Shown here piece after piece: positions 36,179 to 48,156 of a stretch of 64,000 nucleotides of DNA. How positions within the stretch are numbered: position 1 is the first letter of the stretch; each line of letters begins with the position of its first letter. Source of the DNA: Clostridia bacterium (GTDB lineage Bacteria > Bacillota > Clostridia > Christensenellales > UBA1242); the NCBI GenBank assembly GCA_017453125.1, contig JAFTKS010000012.1, forward strand, positions 26,632 to 90,631, given 5' to 3'. The notes below the pieces were generated by a model. It made no database searches. It saw nothing but the letters and a program-made list of their open reading frames with translations, and was not told the DNA's origin. A program made the position numbers and the translations under genes.

Positions 36179-37226
36179 AGAAATCCTGCAATTTCTTGCT
36201 ACGATTTGGGTGTCTTAATTTTCTCAAAGCCTTTGCCTCAATCTGTCTAATTCTTTCTCTTGTAACATTAAACTCTTTACCTACTTCTTCAAGAGTTCTA
36301 GCGTGATTATCGTCCAAACCATATCTAAGACGAATAACTTTCTGTTCTCTTGGGGTTAATGTTTCTATAACTTGCAAAAGTTGAGTCTTAAGAATATCTT
36401 GAGCGGTACTATCTGTTGGGGACTTGATAGATTCATCTTCGACAAAGTCGCTTATTTTACTTTCATCTTCTTCACCAACAGGACTTTCCAAAGATACTGG
36501 GTCTTGAGCAATCTTCTGAATCTCAACAACTCTAGCCTCACTTATTCCCATTCTTTCTGCAATCTCTGCATTAGTAGCATCTCTGCCCAATTCTTGCATT
36601 AATTGTTTACTTACACGAGAAAGTCTATGAATTGTTTCTACCATATGTACAGGAATTCTTATAGTTCTTGCTTGGTCAGCAATTGCTCTAGTAATTGATT
36701 GTCTAATCCACCAAGTAGCATATGTAGAGAATCTAAAACCTTTGGTATAATCAAATTTCTCAACGGCCTTTAATAGTCCTAAATTTCCTTCTTGAATCAA
36801 ATCCAAAAATTGCATACTGCTACGATTAACGTACTTTTTTGCAATACTTACAACAAGTTTTAGGTTTCTTTCAGATAATTCTTTCTTGGCATTCATATCC
36901 CCTTCAAGAATCTTCTTTGCTAATTCAACTTCTTGTTCAGAAGTCAAAAGTTGTGATTGTCCAATATCTTTCAAATACATTTTTACAGGATCATCAACTT
37001 TCGCATTCGAAATCAATTCTTTGAGTTCTTCATCTTTGATTGTATTGTCAATGGCTTCTTCAATAGTAATTCCAGCCTCTTCAAGTTGCTCTTTGATTTT
37101 TTCCATTTCTTTAGACGATAGTTCAAAATTAATTAATTTTTCACCTAAATCCTCTTCAGAAATTACATTTCCTGTTTTTCTCGCTTCTTTAATTATTTCC
37201 TGAATTTCTAGTTCTAAATTCTCCAT
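36171..37226 (-). CDS. rpoD: Primary sigma factor SigA/RpoD
   Basis: [67 protein letters not shown]. Confidence 0.98.
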   Translation of the reverse strand: MENLELEIQEIIKEARKTGNVISEEDLGEKLINFELSSKEMEKIKEQLEEAGITIEEAIDNTIKDEELKELISNAKVDDPVKMYLKDIGQSQLLTSEQEVELAKKILEGDMNAKKELSERNLKLVVSIAKKYVNRSSMQFLDLIQEGNLGLLKAVEKFDYTKGFRFSTYATWWIRQSITRAIADQARTIRIPVHMVETIHRLSRVSKQLMQELGRDATNAEIAERMGISEARVVEIQKIAQDPVSLESPVGEEDESKISDFVEDESIKSPTDSTAQDILKTQLLQVIETLTPREQKVIRLRYGLDDNHARTLEEVGKEFNVTRERIRQIEAKALRKLRHPNRSKKLQDFYE

Positions 37227-37241
37227 TTTAACCTCTGTAAA

Positions 37242-39017
37242 TTATTTGTTCTTTTCTTTTTGCATAATTTTATGTAACTCAGCATAGATTCTGCTACGCT
37301 CAGTTGGGTCTTTTGTTTGATTCAAAGTTTCTAGCAATCGTGCTTTTTCATTAGCAAGCCCCGATTTTACAATTGAATTTACACAATCATTATAGTATTT
37401 TTCATTATCCTCTCCCACTGGGAAGACATAATTAACTATATCATAAATATCTTTGCTTCCTTCAACATCAAACATATCAAAAAGTTTACTTACAATCGGA
37501 ACTTTTCCAATGTCTACCTGTGATTTTACGTAATCATAAATCTTGATGTAATCTGAATTAAGCAAATTTTCTCTAATTTTTTCATTAAGAGTAGCATAAT
37601 CTTTCTTATGAAGCAATGCGGATATTATAAACTTAACCGCCTTAACATAAGCATTTTCTTTGAGATTGATATGATTATCTTCAATCTTTACAATATCATC
37701 TTGAACTATATTTGTATCTGACTTCTCTTGCAAGTCTCGTTTTAAGACAGTTATTGTAATGCCTGTCATATCTTGAATCATCTTTAAATACAATTCTTGC
37801 TCACTTTGCGTTGGAAGAGTTTTCACAACATTCAAAGCATCGCCTATAAACTTGTTCTTCTCTTCCACTCTATCGAAATTATACCCGCTAGCAAAGTCTT
37901 TGATTAAAAACTCAACCCAATATAACGCACCCTTCAAAAGCTTGTCCCAAGCATCTTTGCCATAAGTATTTACATACTCATCTGGATCATTTCCATTAGG
38001 TATTGAAACAACGTAAACACTAATACCCGCACTCACAAGAATTTCAATACTTCTTAGCGTCGCCTTTTTTCCAGCTGAATCGCCATCAAAACAAAGAATG
38101 ACTTTATCTGCAAATCTCTTTAATGCCTTTGCGTGATGAATTGTAAGTGCCGTTCCCATACAAGCAACTGCATTCTTTACTCCCGATTTGAACAATGAAA
38201 TAACGTCCATTTGTCCTTCAACAATAACTATTTCATTAATATTTTCAGAATTCTTTAGTTTTTTTAGTTGGTTTATACCATATATACATTTACTTTTATC
38301 AAAAACAATAGTTTGTGCCGTATTTTTGTACTTTGCAAAATCTGTTTTCTCAAGCACTCTGGCACTAAAACCAACAATATTACCATACAAATTAAAGATC
38401 GGAAAGCATAATCTTTTTCCAAAACAATCAAATAATTTGCCATAGTCATTTCTTTCAGCTACACCAGCATCTAACATTTCTTCATCAGTATAACCTAATT
38501 TTTTCAAGTGCACTATCAGTTCATTCCAGCCCGTACTATAACCAAGACCAAATTCTTTGACCGTTGCCATATCTAATTTTCTTTTTGCTAAATATTCAAG
38601 AGCGGGAGTAGCCTCATTTGTTTTTAAATTAGAATAATAAAATCTAGCTGTATCAATCAAAACTTGATATACACGTTCTCTTTTCTTTTTTGTCTTCATT
38701 AAATTTTCATCAAGTTGATATTCAGGAAGTTCCATTCCTGCATATTCAGCAAGTTTCTTACAAGCATCATAAAAATCTAGAGAGTCATATTTTTCAACAA
38801 AATTAATAACATCGCCACTTGCGCCACAACCAAAGCAATGGTAGTACTGCTCAACTTCATTTATTGCAAAAGATGGCGTTTTTTCAAAATGAAATGGACA
38901 ACAAGCCCACCAAGTTCTACCTTTTTTTGCTAGGTTGATATATTTACTAGCAACAGTAACAATATCGTTCTTTTGCTTTAATTCTTCAAGCCATTCTGAT
39001 GAAAAACCTTTATTCAA
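37242..39017 (-). CDS. dnaG: DNA primase
   Basis: CPFHFEKTPSF..YHCFGC zinc finger, KYKNT, IVEGQMDV, FDGDSAG TOPRIM. Confidence 0.97.
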   Translation of the reverse strand: MNKGFSSEWLEELKQKNDIVTVASKYINLAKKGRTWWACCPFHFEKTPSFAINEVEQYYHCFGCGASGDVINFVEKYDSLDFYDACKKLAEYAGMELPEYQLDENLMKTKKKRERVYQVLIDTARFYYSNLKTNEATPALEYLAKRKLDMATVKEFGLGYSTGWNELIVHLKKLGYTDEEMLDAGVAERNDYGKLFDCFGKRLCFPIFNLYGNIVGFSARVLEKTDFAKYKNTAQTIVFDKSKCIYGINQLKKLKNSENINEIVIVEGQMDVISLFKSGVKNAVACMGTALTIHHAKALKRFADKVILCFDGDSAGKKATLRSIEILVSAGISVYVVSIPNGNDPDEYVNTYGKDAWDKLLKGALYWVEFLIKDFASGYNFDRVEEKNKFIGDALNVVKTLPTQSEQELYLKMIQDMTGITITVLKRDLQEKSDTNIVQDDIVKIEDNHINLKENAYVKAVKFIISALLHKKDYATLNEKIRENLLNSDYIKIYDYVKSQVDIGKVPIVSKLFDMFDVEGSKDIYDIVNYVFPVGEDNEKYYNDCVNSIVKSGLANEKARLLETLNQTKDPTERSRIYAELHKIMQKEKNK

Positions 39018-39156
39018 GATAAATCTCCTTTAAAAAACTCTCTCAATATATTAATACGAAATAAATTTGCATTTTCCTCTTTTTTTTTGAATAATTTTTG
39101 ATTTTCTTCATATAATAATAGGCAAAATAAAAAAACCAGAGTTATTTCTGGTTTTT

Positions 39157-39390
39157 TTAAATCTCTTCACTCTCATTTGGATTTTGTTTCTTAACTTTGA
39201 TTGTTGCCCCTACCACAATTGAAAGAACCGCATCAACAACAATAGCAATTACAAGAATAATCCAAGTTGGGTGCCAAATCTTACCAAACACACCAATAAG
39301 AACAAATGCTAAAATTGAAAGCAACATAATAATTCCGCAAATCGCATCACTAATGATTTTAACTTTATTTCTGCTAAACATAAATCTCAT
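39157..39390 (-). CDS. Small two-TM membrane protein
   Basis: Two hydrophobic segments around WHPTW. Confidence 0.6.
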   Translation of the reverse strand: MRFMFSRNKVKIISDAICGIIMLLSILAFVLIGVFGKIWHPTWIILVIAIVVDAVLSIVVGATIKVKKQNPNESEEI

Positions 39391-39469
39391 CTCCTATATT
39401 TATATTGCTTATATTGTATAACTTTTTTTAACAATTGTGAATTAATTTAAATGCATTTATTTAAATATG

Positions 39470-39922
39470 TTACATACTCTTGTCGTCATACTCACTAAAT
39501 ACACCTAAGTATTTAGCTCCAAAAAATCCAAGAATAGACATTCCTCCTTGAACAAATGAGGCAATTTGATATTTTGTCAAATCACTATCAACCTGTCTAT
39601 ATTTTTCTATTTCGTCTATATTCAGTTCATCTTCTGAAATATCTTTTACATAATCATCTGAATGTAAATAATCCAATTTTTTTGTTAGTTCCTTGCTTGA
39701 TAATTCACCTTGTTTATACTCTGTTGCAAACTCTAAATGTTTGTTATAGATATAATCAATAAAAGCCTGATTCGAATTCAATTCTGTATATGCTTTATCC
39801 AATTTATCTTCCAAACTAAACGAGGAATACAAACATACACACGAAGATAGTGCAAGAGCAAAACAAACACCATTAGCACCATAGTATAATGCTTTTTTAA
39901 GTTTTTTATTACTTTTTAACAT
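39470..39922 (-). CDS. Orphan two-TM protein, tandem paralog 4
   Basis: TM, helical domain with YKQGELSSKELTKKL (SHOCT-like), TM. Confidence 0.7.
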   Translation of the reverse strand: MLKSNKKLKKALYYGANGVCFALALSSCVCLYSSFSLEDKLDKAYTELNSNQAFIDYIYNKHLEFATEYKQGELSSKELTKKLDYLHSDDYVKDISEDELNIDEIEKYRQVDSDLTKYQIASFVQGGMSILGFFGAKYLGVFSEYDDKSM

Positions 39923-39955
39923 AATTTCACCGATTATTATAAAATTAAATAATAT

Positions 39956-40513
39956 CTATCTTTCTTGCTCTAATAAATTTTCTTCTTGATCTGGATATTT
40001 AAAATCATACAATGATTCTAAATATGCTGTTTCTTCTTTCAAATGTTTTGAGTAGAAATATCCACCAGCTAAATATCCAATACTTGATGCTAATAATCCT
40101 GCACACATTTTTTTATGAGGCTGAACACCTTGATTGTATTTGTCAATTACTTCTTTGTCAGACTCCCAACGGGATACCATTTTGTCAGAAAGCAACTTAT
40201 CTCTATGAGTGTATGCAATTTCTCCCGATTGACACTCATTCATTCTTTCTTGAAATTCAACGGCCGTCAATCTGCCATTTTTATAATCATCATAAATCTT
40301 CTTTTGTTCGTTCTCCAATACTTCTGAATATGCATAGCTATTGATGCTTGTAGACAATAATTTTTCATAATCTCTTTTTGCTTTTATATATTCAATACCG
40401 TTTGTCATTCCATAAGTTAAACTAGTTGTAAAAACAATACCACCTGAAACCATCAATGCCATCGCCATTTTTTTTGGATCACTGAATACTTTTTTTAAAT
40501 TTTTTAATCCCAT
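39956..40513 (-). CDS. Orphan two-TM protein, tandem paralog 3
   Basis: YKNGRLTAVEFQERM motif; start moved to ATG 40513. Confidence 0.7.
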   Translation of the reverse strand: MGLKNLKKVFSDPKKMAMALMVSGGIVFTTSLTYGMTNGIEYIKAKRDYEKLLSTSINSYAYSEVLENEQKKIYDDYKNGRLTAVEFQERMNECQSGEIAYTHRDKLLSDKMVSRWESDKEVIDKYNQGVQPHKKMCAGLLASSIGYLAGGYFYSKHLKEETAYLESLYDFKYPDQEENLLEQER

Positions 40514-40538
40514 AATATTTTCCCCCACTTTATTTAAA

Positions 40539-41081
40539 TTAATAAGACATTTCATCTGTCTCTTGCTCTAATTCTTTTTTTCTTTCCATAAGCGAAACAA
40601 CTTTATCTGCATTCAAAGCGAACTTTGAACCGCCATACGTAAGAATACCTGTTGATACAAAAGTTCCTGCAAGACTTATTGCTTCTGCTCCAAATTGTTC
40701 TTTGTAGTTTTCTACTAAACCTTCAATATGTTCAACAGACTTATTATCAGTCAATTGTTTCCTATTATTATACACATTTTCCAATGAAGACAATGACTTT
40801 ACCTTAGATTCATATTCCTGACTAGTAATTACACCGCTTTGTTTTTGTTGTTCTAATTTTGCAATTTCATACTCTTTATATTCCTCAAAAGCATCACTTT
40901 CTTTCATTTGCGATAGACAAGCCGATATCTCATCTTTATAATCATCACTATATCCACCATTTATAGCTAGATTAATCATTGAAGAAACAAATATGAGTCC
41001 ACTAACAGAAGTCCAAACCAAACCATTCAAAGCTTTCTTTTTTGATTTTTTTATTAATTCTTCATATTCCCCAATAGTCAT
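40539..41081 (-). CDS. Orphan two-TM protein, tandem paralog 2
   Basis: KQSGVITSQEYESKV motif. Confidence 0.7.
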   Translation of the reverse strand: MTIGEYEELIKKSKKKALNGLVWTSVSGLIFVSSMINLAINGGYSDDYKDEISACLSQMKESDAFEEYKEYEIAKLEQQKQSGVITSQEYESKVKSLSSLENVYNNRKQLTDNKSVEHIEGLVENYKEQFGAEAISLAGTFVSTGILTYGGSKFALNADKVVSLMERKKELEQETDEMSY

Positions 41082-41184
41082 AAAATCACCACTCCCAAAA
41101 TCTCTTTATATGCCTTACAGCAATTACCACAATAACTTTTAAAAAAACCAATGTCTATAAAAATTATATTTGTATTTTTAGACA

Positions 41185-41688
41185 TTAAATTTCTTTGTCA
41201 TATTCTTCATCTTCTTTTTTAGCACTTGATAACATAATAGAGCCAGAACCTACCAAACACGCACTCATCATTCCACCAGACAAAGCAACAGCATTGATAT
41301 TTTTGTATTTATATTTCAAAAAATCCATATAAGAATTTTCCAATTGACTTCTTGTCGCTTGACTATCTATTATCTCATTTCTATTTGTATAAATATGCTC
41401 AACAGACAAAACTTCATTTAATTTTGCATACATATCTTCAGTAGAGATTTTATTAGAATCAACATAGTGCTTTAAATGATTATATTTATCGGCATAATAT
41501 TCCAAAAACGTCTCGCTTTGTTTCACTGTGTCAACAATATTAACGCAATCGTCATAAGCATTTTCTTGAGCAATTGCATTTTGAGCACTCTTAAAAAGTG
41601 TCACTCCTCCCAATGTTACACCAGAAGCGACGAGTACTGCTCCAATATTTTTTAATACTTTTCTTTGTTTATTCTTTTTAAAATCCAT
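41185..41688 (-). CDS. Orphan two-TM protein, tandem paralog 1
   Basis: VDSNKISTEDMYAKL motif; start moved to ATG 41688. Confidence 0.7.
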   Translation of the reverse strand: MDFKKNKQRKVLKNIGAVLVASGVTLGGVTLFKSAQNAIAQENAYDDCVNIVDTVKQSETFLEYYADKYNHLKHYVDSNKISTEDMYAKLNEVLSVEHIYTNRNEIIDSQATRSQLENSYMDFLKYKYKNINAVALSGGMMSACLVGSGSIMLSSAKKEDEEYDKEI

Positions 41689-41793
41689 ACCAATCCCTTT
41701 ATTATACATAAGTATATCATATACAATAATGAAAAACAATACCCATTTTAAAAAGAAAAAGAGACAAATCCAAAGGATTTATCTCTTAAATAA

Positions 41794-44432
41794 TTACTTA
41801 TTTCTAATAGCAGCTTGAGCAGCAGCAAGTCTAGCAATTGGAACTCTGAATGGAGAACAAGATACATAATCAAGACCAATCTTATGACAGAATTCAATAG
41901 AAGATGGGTCTCCACCGTGTTCACCACAGATACCAACGTGAAGGTCAGAACGACTAGATCTACCTAGTTTTACAGACATATCCATAAGTTTACCAACACC
42001 TGTAGTGTCAAGTTTTGCAAATGGATCAGACTCATAAATCTTGCTCTCGTAATATGAAGGCAAGAACTTACCAGCATCATCACGGCTAAATCCGAATGTC
42101 ATCTGAGTCAAGTCATTTGTACCGAAACAGAAGAATTCAGCCTCGTTAGCAATCTCATCAGCAGTCAAACAAGCTCTAGGAATTTCGATCATAGTACCAA
42201 CCTTGTACTTAAGAGCAACTCCAGCCTCTTTGATAACTGCATCAGCAGTCTCAACTACAACTTTCTTAACAAAAGCCAATTCCTTAATCTCTCCAACAAG
42301 TGGGATCATAATTTCAGGAACTACATTCCAATCAGAATGTCTCTTTTGAACATTAATAGCAGCTTTGATAACAGCTTTTGTTTGCATAACTGCGATTTCA
42401 GGATAAGTTACAGCAAGTCTACAACCTCTGTGACCCATCATTGGGTTAGTTTGTGAAGAGCTGTAATAAATTGTTTGATTTCAGCAACAGTCTTACCTTT
42501 AGTTTTTGCTAGATTAGCAATATCAGCCTCTTCTGTTGGAACGAACTCGTGTAGAGGTGGATCCAAGTATCTGATAACAACTGGTTGACCTTGAAGAGCT
42601 TCCATAAGGCCTTCGAAGTCTGCTTGTTGCATTGGTTCGATTTTTGCTAGAGCAACTTCTCTTTCTTCAACAGTGTCAGAACAGATCATTTCTCTGAATG
42701 CACCAATTCTGTCTGGTTCGAAGAACATATGCTCTGTACGGCATAGACCAATACCTTGAGCTCCCAATTCAAATGCACGTTTTGCATCTGCAGGAGTATC
42801 TGCGTTAGTTCTAACGCCTAATTTCTTATATTTGTCAGCCATTTTCATAATACGGCCAAAATATCCACTATTTGGATCAGCAGGAACAGTTTTGATTGCT
42901 CCATCATAGATCTTACCAGTAGAACCATCAAGAGAAATACTATCTCCCTCACGATAAGTCTTTCCAGCAAGTGTGAAGCATTTGTTTGCTTCATCCATCT
43001 TGATTTCTCCACAACCAGAAACACAACAAGTTCCCATTCCACGTGCAACAACGGCAGCGTGAGAAGTTTGTCCACCACGAACAGTAAGAATACCTTGAGA
43101 ATATTTCATTCCTTCAATATCTTCTGGACTAGTTTCAAGTCTAACTAGAACAACTTTCTCGCCCTTCTTTCCTTGTTCAGCAGCCTCTTCAGCAGTAAAT
43201 ACAACTTTACCAGCAGCAGCACCAGGAGATGCAGCGATACCCTTTCCAATTACACTATTTTTATCTGCTTCTTTAAGAGCAGCAGCATCAAATTGTGGGT
43301 GAAGTAGCATATCTAGAGATTTTGCATCAATTTGCATTAGAGCTTCTTCTTCTGTAATCATACCTTCATCAATAAGATCACAAGCAATTCTAATAGCAGC
43401 AGCTGCAGTTCTCTTACCATTTCTAGTTTGAAGCATATATAGTTTCTTGTCTTCAATTGTGAATTCCATATCTTGCATATCTCTATAGTGATTCTCAAGA
43501 GTTTTGCAAATATTTAGGAATTGCTCATAAACTTCAGGCATAACTTCTGCCATTTGTGAAATAGGCATTGGAGTTCTAACACCAGCAACAACGTCTTCAC
43601 CTTGTGCATTCATTAGGAATTCTCCCATTAATCCTTTTTCACCAGTTGCAGGATTACGTGTAAACGCAACACCTGTACCAGAAGTCTCTCCCATATTACC
43701 AAACGCCATCATTTGAACATTAACAGCTGTTCCCCAGCTATATGGGATATCGTGGTCCATACGATAGATATTTGCTCTAGGATTATCCCAAGAACGGAAT
43801 ACTGCTTTTACAGCCTCGAACAATTGCTCTTTTGGATCACTTGGGAAGTCTTTGCCCAATTGACTCTTATATTCATTTTTGAACTGTGTAGCAAGTTCTT
43901 TCAAATCTTCTGCTGTAAGATCAAGGTCGTGTTGTACACCTTTCTTTTCCTTCATCTCGTCGATAAGTTTCTCAAAATATTTTTTACCAACTTCCATTAC
44001 AACATCACTGAACATTTGAATAAATCTTCTGTAACAGTCCCAAGCCCATCTTGGATTTCCAGATTTCTTAGAAATAACTTCTACAACTTCATCATTAAGA
44101 CCAAGGTTTAGGATAGTATCCATCATACCTGGCATAGATGCTCTTGCTCCAGATCTAACAGAAACCAACAAAGGATTCTCGCTGTCTCCGAATTTCTTTC
44201 CAGTAATTTCTTCCATCTTACCGATGTATTCCATAATTTGTGCTTGGATTTCTGGATTGATTTGTCTACCATCTTCGTAGTACTGAGTACAAGCCTCTGT
44301 AGAGATTGTGAAACCTTGAGGTACAGGAAGACCAATCTTAGTCATTTCTGCTAAGTTAGCACCCTTTCCACCAAGAAGATCTCTCATTGTGGCATTGCCT
44401 TCACTAAATAAATAAACATACTTTTTTGCCAT
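41794..44432 (-). pseudogene. ppdK: Pyruvate, phosphate dikinase, split by a 1-nt frameshift near 42452 (ORFs 42438..44432 and 41794..42441)
   Basis: LGGKGANLAEM, SVRSGARASMPGMMDT, GGQTSHAAVVARG (phospho-His), GLCRTEHMF, then MMGHRGCRL..GTNDLTQ..GICGEHGG in another frame. Confidence 0.92.
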
Positions 44433-44588
44433 AATTTCTCCTTAATTTTATGTGTACTCTTGTAGTATATAAAATTATAATCAAAATTGCAAGAAGTTTA
44501 AACATTAAAATTTAAAAATTTTATCTTTAGTAAAATCACCCCCAAAAGCATAAATTATTGCATAAAAATACAAAAAAAGAACTACCCC

Positions 44589-45314
44589 TTATAGTAGTTC
44601 TACATCAATCGATTTAAACTTAACATTTAATTTATGACTTAAGTTTTGAATCATCAATTTAATACCAGTCTTGATACTGTCATTTTGTAATTTTAATGTT
44701 GATAGTTTATCATAATCTGTTGTCGAGATAAGTTTGATGTTCATAAAATCCCTAGCTGAAATTTTTATGCCACCAGAACAAGCAGAACACCTAAAAGTCC
44801 CCGATTCTCTGTCAAATTTTATATCTCCCATAAAACGCATTCCACAATTATCACAAACATTAAAATTAAGACCATATCCAATAAGTTCAAATATTGTAAT
44901 CAAAAATTTCAAAACAATAATATATTCATTAAGACCATTATAAACAAGATTTTGAAGAGACTTTATCAAACAAATAAACAAACTCTCAGAGATAATATTG
45001 GGTTTTAAAATTATTGAACAAGCCTCCAACATTAACGATGCTAATGAAAACTTGGCATAATCAGCTGTTAAATCATAAAAAGAGTCAATCAACTCTACAC
45101 CCTTTACTACATAAAACTCACCTGATGGGGAAAGTTCAAATTTCCCAAAACAGAAAGGTTGTCCAGCAAACTTAAGTTTCGCCTTTGGTGAGGAAACCCC
45201 CTTTAAAGTAGCGGTTATTTTGCCTAATTCAACCGTAAAAATATGTATTAATTTATCTTTTTCTTTATATGGCATTGAATTAATTACAATACCAATAACC
45301 GCTATATCTTCCAA
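44589..45314 (-). CDS. recO: DNA repair protein RecO
   Basis: KEKDKLIHIFT..GKITA..KGV OB fold; CDNC..CSAC zinc finger; downstream of era. Confidence 0.92.
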   Translation of the reverse strand: MEDIAVIGIVINSMPYKEKDKLIHIFTVELGKITATLKGVSSPKAKLKFAGQPFCFGKFELSPSGEFYVVKGVELIDSFYDLTADYAKFSLASLMLEACSIILKPNIISESLFICLIKSLQNLVYNGLNEYIIVLKFLITIFELIGYGLNFNVCDNCGMRFMGDIKFDRESGTFRCSACSGGIKISARDFMNIKLISTTDYDKLSTLKLQNDSIKTGIKLMIQNLSHKLNVKFKSIDVELL

Positions 45315-45545
45315 TTATTTTTTCCTTTTTAGAGCACTATAGAGCAAATAATAATTAATTTGACCCGTTTTTTCAAATAACTCCCAACATATCTCTTCCA
45401 TAAACATACTCCCGTTATTATTGATTATATTTTATTGTATGCTATGAATTATTTAATATGTCACATATTATTCTTAATATCAATTTATAATTATTTGGAC
45501 TCTTGTATAATTATACTATTTGTTTTAAGGTTTTATGGTGATAAA

Positions 45546-46433
45546 TTATAAATCTTGCGAATTATATCCGAAAGATTTCACTGCACTATCTTTTTGTCGC
45601 CAATCTTCACGAACTTTTACAAAAAGTTTAAGCATTACTTTTTTATCAAGTAATTTTTCGATGTCAATTCTGGATTTTGTTCCAATATTTTTTAACATTG
45701 CACCTTTTGAACCTATAACAATTTGCTTATGACTTTGTTTTTCAATAATTATGTCTGCATCAATTTCACAAATTGATTTCGACTCATCAAATCTTACAAT
45801 TTCCACTGCAATTCCGTGAGGCAACTCATCTTGAAGTAACCAAAGAGTTTTTTCTCTTATTGTTTCAGATACCAAATATTTGATTGATTTATCGGTGTAA
45901 ATATCCTCATCATAATACCTAACATCATCTTTCAAATAACTTTTAATAACTGTTATCAATTCTTCAACATTTTTTCCTTTCAATGCAGAAAGAGGAACTA
46001 TATCCTTGATTCCTTCTAAAGAATTACATTTGTTTAATTCTGGATAAAGTTTCTCATATGTTGTATCATCTACCTTATTTACAACCAATATAACATTATC
46101 AATATTCTTTGTGTACTTATTAAGCGTATCAATTACATTACTTGATATTTTTTTCGATCCATCAATTACATAAACCAAAATATCTACATCATTTTTTGCT
46201 GAATTTATAGCTTTGTTCATATATTCATCAAGTTTATTGTGCGAACTATGAATACCTGGTGTATCAATAAAAACAATTTGACAATCCTCATCATTATATA
46301 TTCCTAATATTTTGTCTCTAGTTGTTTGAGGCTTTGGAGATACTATTGATACCTTCTCTTTCAAGATTGCATTAAGCAATGTACTTTTGCCAACATTAGG
46401 TTGACCCAAAATAGCAACAAATCCCGATTTCAT
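45546..46433 (-). CDS. era: GTPase Era
   Basis: GQPNVGKSTL, QTTR, DTPG, NKVD, VIGSKGAMLK KH domain. Confidence 0.97.
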   Translation of the reverse strand: MKSGFVAILGQPNVGKSTLLNAILKEKVSIVSPKPQTTRDKILGIYNDEDCQIVFIDTPGIHSSHNKLDEYMNKAINSAKNDVDILVYVIDGSKKISSNVIDTLNKYTKNIDNVILVVNKVDDTTYEKLYPELNKCNSLEGIKDIVPLSALKGKNVEELITVIKSYLKDDVRYYDEDIYTDKSIKYLVSETIREKTLWLLQDELPHGIAVEIVRFDESKSICEIDADIIIEKQSHKQIVIGSKGAMLKNIGTKSRIDIEKLLDKKVMLKLFVKVREDWRQKDSAVKSFGYNSQDL

Positions 46434-46942
46434 TAGTCTCTCTCCAACTTTATTTTTTTCATTATTTTCTCTTCTGTTTCTCTCATTATTTTCTTATCTT
46501 CATCAAGCATATGGTCATAACCCAACAAATGCAATAGTCCGTGAACTGCCATATATACCATCTCACGAGCTTTACTATTTCCATATTCTTTTGCGTGGGC
46601 ATAAGCAACTTTTTTACAAATACAAATATCTCCAAGAAAAATACAATTATTTTCAGGATTGACCTCATTTGGAAAATTTTTCTTTGTGATTTTGTCTATA
46701 ATAAGTTGCATATCTACTTTCCCCACTTCCAATAGATTAGGAAAGGAAAGAACATCTGTTTCGGTGTTTTTTTGCCTAAAATTATTATTAAGACTCTTGA
46801 TTCTATGAGCACTTACAAAGTCAATGTTCACTTCAACATCTTTGCAAGGTATTTTTAATAATTTCAAAGCATACTCATACGCCTCAATTATTTTTTCAAT
46901 ATATTTTTTATTAAATCTTCTTTTATTAAAATTAACTATCAT
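46433..46942 (-). CDS. ybeY: rRNA maturation RNase YbeY
   Basis: TDVLSFP, LGDICIC, HGLLHLLGYDH. Confidence 0.95.
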   Translation of the reverse strand: MIVNFNKRRFNKKYIEKIIEAYEYALKLLKIPCKDVEVNIDFVSAHRIKSLNNNFRQKNTETDVLSFPNLLEVGKVDMQLIIDKITKKNFPNEVNPENNCIFLGDICICKKVAYAHAKEYGNSKAREMVYMAVHGLLHLLGYDHMLDEDKKIMRETEEKIMKKIKLERD

Positions 46943-47025
46943 ACGTTTCTACTTTTTATTTATCTTTATTATTCTACACTAGTTATATCAAAATTAGCAA
47001 AACAAGTCAATAAAAGCAAATTATA

Positions 47026-48156
47026 TTAATAAGTCCAAGACATAACACCTTTAACATAATAATTAATTATACATCCCTCGTCTACAGGAGTTATAATAAC
47101 ATCTTTGACAATATCGGATAGACCCAGAGGTAATTGTTCTTGAATTTTTATTTCTAATCGGTTAATAATTTGTTGTCTTTCTTCTTCAAAATTATGTGTA
47201 ATTGATTTTAATTCCGTTTGATAAGCATAAACTTTATTTATAAAAATTGGTAAAAAATAATACGAATACAACGAGTTTTTTTCTTCTAATTCAAAACTTT
47301 GATAAGGATTATCTTGATTTAATACCTTTAAGCCCTTATTGCCAATACCAAGACTCATATCAAGTAGCGTCTTATTTCCTGTTCTTTGATACACTGGTTC
47401 TGTATTTTTAAATGTATAAGACTCACAGAAAAACACTTCGGCGTCTATTTTTGCTTTTGGTTCAATATAAAATTTTTCGCCATTATCTTGGTAATAAGCA
47501 GATACAAGCGTATCGCCTTTAAAAACAATATCTCCCTTCCCTATATTGGACGTACCAGAAAAAACCTGAATATCTTTGATAATCATATTATAATTTGCAG
47601 TGATATCATCAAATTGCGCTCTTGAATCAGACAACTCTTCTTTGATATTTATAATCATAGAATTCCCTTTTGTTACAATACTAACCAAAGAAAAATCAAA
47701 ATTAGTCATTAAGTATTTTTCCAGCTCGTCTGTACGAAAGTTCATAGAAGAAAATTTGGAAATACCATAGTCTTTAATTGATTCTATTACTTGTTTTTGA
47801 GTGATTTCATCAACTCCCCAAATATGAAACTGAAGTAACCTATTATTAAACACAACTAAAAACACAAAAGATACTACAAGACCAATTATCAATCCTATTC
47901 TATAAATACAAAGGTGAAGTATTTTTTTTAAACCTCCCTCACTTATTTGTTTAACTGCAAAATTACTAAGTGACGATTTTTTCAAAACTTGTGCATCTTT
48001 GCTAGAAAGAAAAAACCTAACAGTCAATGAATCTATTCGTTCAATAAGCTGAGGAGTCAAATTAAGTTCAATGCAAGAATTAAGAAAATTGGTAAAATTT
48101 CGTCCACTGAATTCAAATAAATAAAGCAATCCTTTTTCGTTATCTTGTTTTCGCAT
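47026..48156 (-). CDS. yqfD: Sporulation protein YqfD
   Basis: TM after ~90 aa, GDIVFKGDTLVS; follows yqfC. Confidence 0.75.
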   Translation of the reverse strand: MRKQDNEKGLLYLFEFSGRNFTNFLNSCIELNLTPQLIERIDSLTVRFFLSSKDAQVLKKSSLSNFAVKQISEGGLKKILHLCIYRIGLIIGLVVSFVFLVVFNNRLLQFHIWGVDEITQKQVIESIKDYGISKFSSMNFRTDELEKYLMTNFDFSLVSIVTKGNSMIINIKEELSDSRAQFDDITANYNMIIKDIQVFSGTSNIGKGDIVFKGDTLVSAYYQDNGEKFYIEPKAKIDAEVFFCESYTFKNTEPVYQRTGNKTLLDMSLGIGNKGLKVLNQDNPYQSFELEEKNSLYSYYFLPIFINKVYAYQTELKSITHNFEEERQQIINRLEIKIQEQLPLGLSDIVKDVIITPVDEGCIINYYVKGVMSWTY

